A model generated the notes under the pieces. That model worked only from the letters and a program-made list of their open reading frames with translations. It was not told the origin of the DNA and ran no database searches. From the NCBI GenBank assembly GCA_013115145.1, contig JAAPAO010000063.1:1-64000 (forward strand): DNA of 64,000 nucleotides, in the 5' to 3' direction. This stretch comes from Perkinsus chesapeaki ATCC PRA-425 (lineage: Eukaryota > Protista > Perkinsozoa). The position numbers were made by a program, and so were the translations under genes. This document shows, in pieces, positions 11,700-22,787 of the stretch. Each line of letters starts with the position of its first letter. The stretch's first letter is position 1.

Positions 11700-12710
11700 T
11701 CATTAGTAACTTGAGTTGTAATGGCTATCATTCAATCTGGATGGTTGGAGGGGGCTGATTTAATGGAACTAACACTCAACTGTTTTCAATATCAACAACT
11801 TAAGCACACGTCGGATATTAACACCACTAACTTATAAGGTTGCCATTGTCCATGATGTAGTCACATATATATTTTGTTAAGTAGTAAGCCTTCTTCCCGT
11901 TTATAGAAATCTGTCCTTGTTTGTTTCTCCGGTTGCGATCCTTTTCGTCATATTGAAGTATGTTAGTTCCACTGATAGCATCTCTGAGATCTTTGCTTAT
12001 AGAGAGTGCCTTCTCCAGAATCTTTTCGAATACTTCTAAACAGGAAGCATCAGGTTTAGGGTGGATGCCAGCCAATAGATCGGCGAAGTCCTTTCCAGCC
12101 GGTCTAAGTTGGACGATGGATATCAGGGGAGCTCATTGTGTATTCTTACGTTTTCTCCACGTATCTTCGGTCGCAAGCAGAGTAGAGTGGTTTTAACATT
12201 TCAACAGTTTGCGATGATGATGATGAAGCATCTAAAATGTAACATCCTAGAATGCATCTTGCCGATTCAGATGTACAGGCTACAACATACCGTTATCGAT
12301 TGTACGACCTGTCGACATGTGCTCTTCATCCTCCTCCGTGACCCTCTTCACTGCAATTTGGTATCGACCCGGCTTTCCAGGGTTCCTGTCTTTGGGCTTC
12401 CACTCAATTTTACACCCCTTTGCGTACTTTAGCGCCTCTACGGTCCCAGCATGCATACAACAATAATGGACATGCTTTCTTATTTGCCTCGTACCTCCCA
12501 AAAATTCTCTTCGTCCCCTATTCCGTGCATCTCGATTCCCTCGTCCTCCACCAAGGGGGTTACCTCAGCCTTCGAGTGACTATTCGGAGGATTGTCTTGG
12601 TCTTGTCTTTGTCTTGCTCTTTGTCTTGGTCGTAGCCGTTTGAAGAAAGATGCTTCGCCATTAATCATCATCATGATCATGATCATGATGCTCGACAAGG
12701 AGTAATACAT
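11700..12710 (-). CDS. Hypothetical protein with hydrophobic N-terminus, multi-exon
   Basis: ORFs 12480-12710, 12280-12501 and 11827-12075 are joinable through short GT-AG introns. No family recognised; 3' end approximate. Confidence 0.45.
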
Positions 12711-13035
12711 TGATCAGCGGTGTGGAGGGATAAATAATGGTAACACACTAATAATGCATCGACGCTCCCTCCTTGATACTCCTCGCCTCCTGTGACAGGC
12801 TTCATTCAGAGTACGTTACAGCAGTAAAGTGATCATGTCCAATGAGAGAAGCGTTTAACGCCTCTTATTATTGATATGGAACTGATATTTCGTGCACATT
12901 TCTGCGCGCGTCCAGTTTCGAGCTTTGCCCATCAGACTAACAGAATAACTCAAGACGAGTTTAAAGTGAAATTATCATGCATTGCCACTCTGAGTGTCCT
13001 CAACAGACTAAAATAACACTTAATGGAAAAAGGTG

Positions 13036-16000
13036 TCATTGATAGTTACCGAGGATGAAGGTGGAGGCGGTGGACGAGACGGTCTTGGTATTGCTAGTGG
13101 AGACTCTTGTTGTTGAACAGTTACAGGAAAGTGTATTGCGGCGGTAGCAGGCAGAGCACTGAGGATTACATGTTAAGGAGTATATCATCGTCTTAACTAC
13201 TACCTATTATTCGGTCCACGCTGATCTGTAGGAAGATCAGCAGTTGACTGAGAATACACTTTCACTAGACTCTAATCCAATCTGTTAGCACTCACAAGAC
13301 GATAGAAAGTTGGAGCAAAAGGATCTGCAGGTCTAAAGACCCTTCCTGAACTCTGCTGTTGTTGTTGTTGTCTTGTTGATCCTGCAACAACTTCATCAGA
13401 TAAGTTGTTAAAGAATGATGTAGTTGCGACCTTGTGGAAGGAGTGGATCGGGCTCTTCTTCAAGGACCGAGTCCAATGTGCTGCTACCGAGACTCATTCG
13501 TTGTGGCTGCTGTTGATCATCACTTCCACCCTCCGCTAAAGAATGTCAAAGTAACTCCAAGAATTAGTCAAATGTTACATCTGCGATGTGATGATGATGA
13601 TAGACTCAATCGATTGGGGGGATCCATTGCTCCAGTCGAAGAAAGGCTGTTAAACCTGAGCCTTTGGTGTACCTGTAAAATAATGGTATTACCAAACGTG
13701 TCAAGTTGAAATTTACTGGAAAAGTAGGTGGACGATTCTCTTGAAGGTTGCTTGTTTCTAACAGAGTCTTTCGAATGCCACCGATAGAGGAGAGGTTATT
13801 CTGATAGAAGCTGTGGGTTTTTATTAACGGCAGGACGACTCGTCACAATAAGCTCTAGTATGCCTCTAATTCCATCATCACATCCTCCTCCTCCTTTTAT
13901 AGTCGATCCTTGTATTCCACCACAACTAGAATAATAAATACACCCAATCACTTTTACGAGTAGCTGCTACCCTGCTCGCTCAAGTGCAAGATTTAGATGA
14001 GTAAGAGCTTCGGTATTATTCTCTCCACCCCTAGCCAAAAGTTGACCAAGTAAGGCATGTCCAGCAGCCTAAAGACTATAGATGAGATATGCCAGTGGTT
14101 ATGTGGTTATCAAACTTCAGTAGGAAGAGCTTCGACAACTTTCCTGGCATCTTGAATGGCGTCATCAATCCTTCCAACATGTGCGAGTATTCTACTCCTC
14201 TCATACAAAGCATTTAGAAGGGATCCTGATGATGATAAAGGATGATGTTTCAGTGAAGAATGCAGGAATAATAATAACCATCTGTTGCAGTATTTCCATC
14301 ACACACCGAGTCGAGCACTGACAATGCCTCGTCTGCCCGTCCTCTAGATGATAATAAAGATCCCAATGCAACCTATTGACTGGCTAATTGAAGATGCTCT
14401 ACATAATGGTGCACTTGTGATATTGCGTTACCTTTAAAACTGGATGATACGGATTCATATCGATGGCTTTACGAACATGATATTCACAATCATCCAACCT
14501 ATCTTGTCTCCGGCAAATTTGACTTATACCAAACCTAAAAGTTGGTAAGTGTGATGATAGTGAAAGGACATAACTATTACCATGCCGCATAAGAGGTTGG
14601 ATCGAGTTTCAAGGATTGACTATAGGAGTAAGCAGCTTGATCAAATTGTTCTATACTAGATAATCTAAAGGCAGATAATGATCATGCTATTATGATGACT
14701 TATGATTAAAACTACTCATGTCCTATAAGACAGCATATATTGGCATCTCGATGATTTAAAAGCCGCTGAGAACAAGGACAGTATTAACAATGTCACAGCA
14801 GAAGCAGCAGAAGTGATTACAGCCTTCTCGAGCTTCATTCGTGCCTCAACATGATCCAAATCCAATGAATCAAGATTAGCAGCACATATCCATGATTCTG
14901 CACGTAATCTACCATATGTTAAAACCTGACAAGGTCTATCTTGTAACACTAGATCTAGAGGACTAGGTAACCCTTCTAGAAAGCTCAACGAGAGCTCTTT
15001 TCCTTTTCTGATGCCACAATAGTGTACTGTATTTACCAACACCATCAGTTATAAAAGGATAGGCTGTAAACATGTTACAGAATCTGACAGATCATTGTAT
15101 AACAGGATTAAGATTAGGATGTCTACATCTCTTCTGCTTCTTCATACTCACCGCGATCAAAGGTAACTTCAGCCAACTTAAGGAGTGCATATCTAATCAT
15201 CAGCAACAACAAACAGGTAACATAATGTTCTTCTTGTTGGTAAGACCTCGAATCAGCTTGTGTTGATGTCATATTCTCGGTGACTATCCTTTGTGCCTTT
15301 GGTAGATCGAGGCGAGTGGAGGCCTCAAAGAGATGTCCAAAGTTCTGAAGTATGATGATGATGAGTGGTTGATGGATAGATGATAACATGCCAACTACTT
15401 TAAGTATATTAGACAATAACTCAGTTGACTTGTTCTCAACCATAATCTCATCTGATGATGATGATGATGATGATATTTCATCTGCTTAAAAGGTGATGAA
15501 TGTTGAATTATTATTATTATTGTCGTCCCACTCCTTCCAGGTATTTCTCCATCCTTTACTCCATGTATGGGCTTTAATGTTACCTTTCATTACAATCCAA
15601 ACTGTAACTAATCTAAGGCCTCACATTTGCCTCCTCCTTAAGTGGTTTACGTAGAGATCGTTGTTCCTCTGTTAGGCTTCTTCCTTCACTAAAGGACCAA
15701 GAACTGTACCAAGCAGCCGGATGATTAACTCACATTCTGCCTTTAGGATTGGAAGTTTCAATGATAGGAATAACAGTAGCTGCCGGGGATACTGAAGTAG
15801 CTGTGTCGGTCAGAGCGTGCCTGACGGACGATCGACTAGCAGTAGCAGCATGCCATCATATGATCATACTGAAGACAACGTTAAAATAGATCGAAAGTGA
15901 AGCTACGTCCATCTCGCATATCTTTGTATGGCCATTATACAAATAACACCTCACCAGGTTGCTAAACGATCCATTGAAAAGCAATTGGCAGGATCCCATT

Positions 16001-16820
16001 CTGAGTCATCTGATGCCTGCTCCAAAACTTGCCCAAGAGAACGTCGTTTAAGGTAAGCTATTCGCTCATAGGCAGCGAACATAAACCTGCGGCCATGGTA
16101 AATGAGTGGGCATAATTCTCGTAGCTCCCTACGGTCCAGCTTCGAGACTTTTCTCGTATGCGGGGAGAGCTAACTCGTATTGGCTATTCTGAAGGTGACT
16201 ACTGTAATATTTATTATTATACACATTGTTCACCTTTTCGTATAACTGACCGAGCAAGAATGCTCCAGCAGGCCCATTGGCTATGACCTCTGGTATATAA
16301 GTATTATTATCATATGTTATTACTAATGCCTGAATAGTAAACTCAGTGCTGCTGTTGTTGTTGATGATGATGCTATTATTATATTACTCTGATACCCTCC
16401 TCATATCGACTGAGGAGTTCACAACATAGTGCTAAAAGATGTCGAGAAGGATGAGTCCATGTAGCTGGTGATGATACTAATAAAGATATAATACAGTTAT
16501 GATTTATGTTACGATTCCTACATGCATTCTGTAGTGTATAATAAGCTCTACCTATTTGATGATCGTGATATAAGGCTTGAGCAAGCAAATGATTCCTAAC
16601 ATCATCAAGGCATTGGATTGGTGTTCTTGTTCTTCTTGTTGTTGTTGGGTTACGTGTGTAATATTATGTCAGGTGTAGCATCTCTCTTCCCTTTAACTTC
16701 ATCAATAATCCTTTCAGCATAGAATATTGCTTGATTGTACAAACGATTATCCATAGAGTAATCATAACCAAAACGAAGAGATGATAGATGTGGGGGAGAT
16801 GGTGGGAAGTGAGTTGCCAT
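13036..16820 (-). CDS. CDC27: CDC27/APC3-like TPR subunit of the anaphase-promoting complex, multi-exon
   Basis: NQAIFYAERII, LAQALYHDHQIGRAYYTL, LALCCELLSRYEEG and ESWICAANLDSLDLDHVEARMKLEKA resemble CDC27 EAWCAAGNCFSLQREHDIAIKFFQRA. Downstream TPR-like exons; 3' end approximate. Confidence 0.65.
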
Positions 16821-16859
16821 TATGATAGATAAACTACAACATACAAGAATACAGAATGG

Positions 16860-17890
16860 CAGATTAGTGAACAGAACAAGTATGCAAAGACATCACAAGA
16901 AATGCATGATAAGAAGATGCGTGAGTAGCATGGATGGGCGTATAGTGGGCGTTGGATGGCCTTCATCCGAAAGTTCACCTTCACCTCGTATTGTTGTTCT
17001 TAAGGCATGCACCTCTACACACATCTGATGACATGTTATCAGAAACTCGCTACGTTTCCATTGTTGATCCATAAATGATATGTAATATTGGCACTGATAA
17101 TAATAAATAAGCTGATAATATTATTATGATAGTTGCAATTACATCATCCATACATGTATCAACATTGATAGCTGCAGAGTTAAGGCAGATACAACATGTT
17201 CGAGAGGAGTTTGGATGATTACTCCACATGGCAGCATTCATAATATTACCATCTGAATCTTGTTTAGTGGATGCATAACACTTAAGCATAACAAGCGTCC
17301 GTATAACAGCTGATCCTAGCCTACTAGTACTGTCAAACGACAATGTCTCTCGCTCCATCCGAAGAAGCCATCAGCATTAAACATCCTGAAAGGATGTGTA
17401 GGGATGGACACTAATATTATAATACCCATGCTTATCCTCGGACCTATCACTGTTGCCAGAGTAAACTGAGTAACACAACTCAAGTAGGATGAGGAGGAGG
17501 AGGCCAGGGCTACCTTCCCCACCATCCTCATCAAATTTGACTTCTAATGGTGGCGGTCCATCATCTGAGATCAGCAATCATATAGCTGCTGCTGCTGCAC
17601 TGAAACTTATCACCATTGTCTTCTTCTGTAAACACAACGTCATCGTTTGGTTGCTCAGTTACTGAGAGATGACGAGAATCTTATTACATAGATAGGATAC
17701 TCTTACACCTTGTATGGGGCAGCATGTGATGATGATTGGATAGATCATCGGGTAACCTATGATGGGATTAAGTAGAGGGTAGAGTAGAAGCTCACCCCTT
17801 CAAAGCATCCTCTTCTAATCGAGTACCAGTAAGGCACAGCGGAGCGAAGTAGATGAATAACTGCCATAATATCATACTTGATAAGGTAAC
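16860..17890 (-). CDS. Hypothetical protein, multi-exon
   Basis: Exon-like ORFs 17377-17577 and 17050-17358 (contains CCICL) separated by short GT-AG introns. Boundaries uncertain. Confidence 0.35.
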
Positions 17891-17932
17891 TGATTATCCA
17901 CTGAACATAACAATATAACTTAACTGAAAGTA

Positions 17933-19577
17933 CTATTCATTCTCATCTAACATCACGACTGCATGCCTCAGGATACTCTCAACAGTTTTCCGATCAACTT
18001 CATCATCATCACCAAGGTAAATCTTTTGAAGGTCTTCCTTATGTGGGCCATCAGGCTGCCATTTATCTAGTATATGAGCGGCAGTAACTTTAAAGCTCAA
18101 GAGAGCGTTGTAATCTTCAGTATTAATAGCTGAGGGCTTCGCCTCGACCATAGTATGCCTAATCATGTCACATCGTGTGCTTGAAGTAGGGGGTTTGGTA
18201 ACGATCAACGGGACAGCTTGCTCAAAGTAAATACCCTCCTTCAGAGGTTTCAAGTGTAAACCTAATAACTGCATCGAATGCTGGAGGGCAAGGAACTCTC
18301 CATCCTCCCACCAAGATACTGAAGTCTTCGCTCGACCTTCTTCTTTACTTGTATATGTACCTAAGGATCTATTAATAAGGTGATTATGATAAGATGATAC
18401 CTTGCATATTAAATAACTCATCAAATACAACAATACTTCCTTCTCTTAATAAACAAGCAACTGTTGTGAGGATCTCCAAAGCTGATGAATATATATCACA
18501 ATCTATATGTAGGAAAGCAATGAATGATGTTGTATTGACTATATCCCAATCAAGTAGTGGTAACGTATCTCGGAAAAGACCGATGTTGAGCCTTGCGTTA
18601 TCGACCTTTAGTATCCTTTCGGGTATGATACCACCCATATCGAATAGACCTGGCGAATTGAACTTCGGGCCCCATGCTTCTGGCAACCCCCTGAAGGAGT
18701 CAAAACCCACCACGGTTCGATTCCAAGCTCGAGCATGGTGTGCAAGACGGAGAAGACTTCTTCCATGGGCAACACCAAATTCCAATATTTGCCCTCCTTC
18801 ATCGATAAGTGGTCGAGCTGCATTGAATGCCTCATCAAACATGTCCATCCAAGATTGGGTTTGATGGAGTAAACCAAAGTAGTTACCCCACCAATATGAC
18901 ACTTGATCTGAATAGTCCAACCAAAACTCTAACTGTCCTACTTCTACCACATCCTCAACTCTACTGGGAGTAATCTTGACAGTAGTGTTATAACCCTCAT
19001 ACTTATCAATAAAGTAGATGTTATCTTGTACGTTGGTAGAGTTGTTAATACTAACTTCTTCTTCTTCTCCTACCCATGCCTCTATATGATATTCCCCAGC
19101 ATTGAGAATTGGCACCTCTATCTCAGCTACACCTCGGGCATGAAGAACGGCGAAGCCTTCAAGACAGATTTCAGTGATATTAAAATGACCAATACAAGCA
19201 TCACGGAAATTGTCAACTGGTGGGAGGCCATTAAAGAAGTTATCGAATATGGTGGATAGTAGAAGGGGATAGTCCTTATTACTTGTACGACCCATCCAAT
19301 CATCGCTAACAACACGTATAGCTGATCGGGATACTTTAAAGATAGCGAGTGTTAGTTTATGTATAGGAGGAGCCGTTGGAGTATCGGATATATGTATTGT
19401 AAATGATATAACATTACTAGTAGGCCGATTGGTGTTAGGGACTGGTGAGGACAAACGAATACATTTCTGAGAAGAATGCTCATGATAGCAGGATTGATGG
19501 TTGTGATGAGGTGATGGTTCGATAATTAGGGTGGTAGCGGTAACCAATAGTGATAGTAAAACAATGGTCAACAACAT
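17933..19577 (-). CDS. TylF/MycF-like SAM-dependent O-methyltransferase with signal peptide, apparently one intron
   Basis: ILEFGVAHGRS (SAM motif I), VGFDSFRGLPEAW, GLFRDTL, FLHIDCDIYSS, GSIVVFDE. ATG at 19577 (MLLTIVLLSLLVTATTL). Phase-1 intron joins to GTYT...SWWEDGEFLAL. Confidence 0.85.
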
Positions 19578-19919
19578 GGAGATAAAAGAAGAAGAAAGAA
19601 AGACTGTTGATGAGAGTGAGCTAGTGTAGTGAATGGGCCCCAACCATTCACACATGGCCAATGAAGGGTCCAAGTGAGAGGAGCTATTTGATTGAACAGT
19701 CTGTGAGGCAGTTGCAGCAGGTTACCAACTCTAAATATAGTAATAGTAGAAAACAACAACTGTTATAATCGCAACATGATAGCGCCGTCCTCCTCCTTAC
19801 ACTCAGTGAGCCTTCCTGGTCAGATTAATCAAGGATTCCTGGATGAGTTAGATAATGCATATAATAGTGGAATCCGACTCACCAAAGTTGAATCGATATT
19901 GGATGGCCCATCAGAATGA

Positions 19920-22526
19920 TGATGATGACTGTTGCTGTTTGACTGTATGGCACTCAATGCCTTTATTGCTTTAATAACACATAACTTAGGGCTTTTATCA
20001 ATTGTTAAGGTTGATAGGATATTCCTAGTAAGGTCCGCCTAATCCATAAGTTGATAATGACATGAAACCTCATCACTTGACTATTATCATCATCATTAAC
20101 AACTCACCTCCATGAATATTGTACCGATATCTTGTGACAAATCGAAAGCAAATCCTTCCTCTTCTGCAAGTTGGAAAAGGTGTGAGTGTGATGATGAAAT
20201 TGAATAGTTCAAGTTGTTGCTAGGTCCTCGCTTCATCAGGATTGCTACTCGATCATAATCGTCCAAACTAATGTGTTTTATGAGTAAACCTTTGCAGACT
20301 GTATCTCTGTAGACGTACCTCTCCTTTTGTATGGTGCCTAGCTTACGACAATGACTAAGACGATTTGCCTTTATCAAGTTGAGGATTTGAATGGCGGAGG
20401 TCTAAAATAATGACAGTGAAGGCTCATATTATTATTAGTTACTATTAACTTCCTCAGCCACACCAAACTTCACTTTGGTTATCCATAATGCAAATTTATT
20501 GATAGGATCATTACCATCCAACTCAGCTAAACCATTACTATCACAACCATAATTATTTGGTATCTTAACCATATAACATCATAATAATCATCACAAAGCA
20601 TCTAAATGTCTTCCCCTTACCACCTGAGCCATACGCCGCAGGAAATACTCCTCAGCGGTTTCGACACAATTAACTTCTTTCCCTTCAGCAGGCAGCATTA
20701 CATTATCTTCATCTTTTACCAAATCGATCGTTTGATCGATATGTAGTATCTTAGCACTCTGTAAAGCTGCAAACATTCCATCTTCCAGACCCTCTGTTAA
20801 CAGACCACTAGGTTCCATCTCTACAGCAACTGCCTCCACTCGTTTAGTTAGGTCTTCATTAAAATTAGGATTAATAAATACTATTGTATCAACTGTTACA
20901 TTACATACCTTTATACCCCCTTCATCAGATAAAGCTTCACCAACTCGTTTACCAACATCTTCCATAAACCTTGAATCTCTTTCATATGGTAAAGTGCAAT
21001 GTGGTATGAGACAACATGATGATGTTGATGATGTATGTTGGTAATGGTTAGGTATACTCTCAGATGTCCCCAATATTTTAATAACATTATCACCATCATC
21101 TTTAATCTTCATCATCTTTAGATGTACAGATATCTTAGCCAATTGAACTGATGGTATACCTTGTATTATCCCTCCTCTACGAACTAACTCGTCGAAGATG
21201 CTATTACTCTGTGATGATGATGACCTATTGAGTAATGTTGGACAATAGAAGGCTTACGTATACTGTATGCTTACGAGGACATACTCTTGGTCTTGGCGGT
21301 AATCTCTTCCATAAGTCTATGACGGTATGAGCTCTGGATATAATAATAGTCCAGTCATTCTCATCCTTACTAAATGCCGCCGATCTTACCTTATCGGTAG
21401 TACCTGCTAAGCTGGTCAAATCGATGTACATTGATGATGAATCGGCATGCTCAACAGCTTTGCCATCAACGTCAATTATCCATTTACAGCAAGTCTGAAT
21501 TATAAAGTAATGAATGATAATATCTCATATAACTAGTACTTGATAACATTGTATACATAATTGAGCCCAATCATCAATAATATCATCAACATCATTCCAA
21601 GGTCCAGTAATATGTGGAGGTAGAAAAGGTCTGATCACTATTATAGTAAGTATCACCTTCTAAGTTTAATACTACTAACCTTAATCCTTCACTTTTTTCC
21701 ATCAACTTCATAATCCCTCGTGGAGAGTTATTATTAATATAATGATTAACGTTAATCGATAAAGGTACTCCAAGATACCCCGATAACTAGATATTTGCTA
21801 TAGGTAAATACAACCTGCTGCATCATTTAACCAACCTGTAGTAATCCATTAGTAATAGGCTTTATCATCCCATCTATCATTATAACAACATATCCACTAT
21901 AACCCTCAATTATCTTTTTAATACGTGATAGTATCTTTGGTGAGGATAAGAGACAAGACACAACATCACCCCCTCCTTCTCCAACGCCGCACGGTGAAGA
22001 TTTTAATGAAAGTATCTTTCAAGATAATTAAGGATAACAATACTGTTCCGAGTGGACAACTTACTTGTAGTCTACCCCATAGATTATATATTCCTCCCTT
22101 TAACTCTAGCAGCTTACTATAATACATTTTCATTTCAATAGGTAAATCATTTATTGTTAATAAAACCATATCAAGCTTGCTATCAATGATATCAAACATC
22201 CTTCCAACTCCACCATCCAAATGGATCTCCAGATGTCGTCTATCGGCTACCCTAAGACTACTATATCTAGTATTCGATAACATCATCATCCTGCAAGCCG
22301 CTAATGTCCTTCTCTCCATCAGATCTCTAATATGCTTTTGTGTCTTCCATAATATACACTTTGATCTCCAGAATGTCTGAATCTTCAAAGCAGCTAAAGT
22401 TATGAATACGAATAGTCTTCTGTAATCCCTTCGTCTTAGGGATATCCGCCAATGCCTTTGAATTAACTTTATCTTTTTTATAACATCGGGAGAGCTACCA
22501 GTTACTATTAGCTCATTTACAGTCAT
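19920..22526 (-). CDS. IQ-motif protein resembling IQCH, multi-exon
   Basis: Two IQ motifs (LIQRHWR, KIQTFWR). GRMFDIIDSKLDMVLLTINDLPIEMKMYYSKLLEL resembles the recalled IQCH segment. 3' end approximate. Confidence 0.55.
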
Positions 22527-22605
22527 TTAATACACCTTAATAATTATGTATACTTATTATTAACAACCCAATAAGTAGCATGATTGGTGGGGTAAATAAC
22601 GTTGT

Positions 22606-22644
<39 letters not shown>

Positions 22645-22787
22645 ACTAATGTATTATTATTGGACAGCAGTTGGTATACGTAATACGTTGGTATGATAAC
22701 ACCCAGTTATCACGTTATCATCGTCGTTTCTTAGACTTCCTTCGTCCACCCCCAAGTACCTATAAAATTATTACATAACATCTTTAT

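Noticed and set aside
18712-18726. Exact B-box match GGTTCGATTCC
   Set aside because: Lies in the methyltransferase coding frame (AWNRTVVGFDSF) with no GT..AG context. Treated as a chance hit and counted against the intron-family claim.
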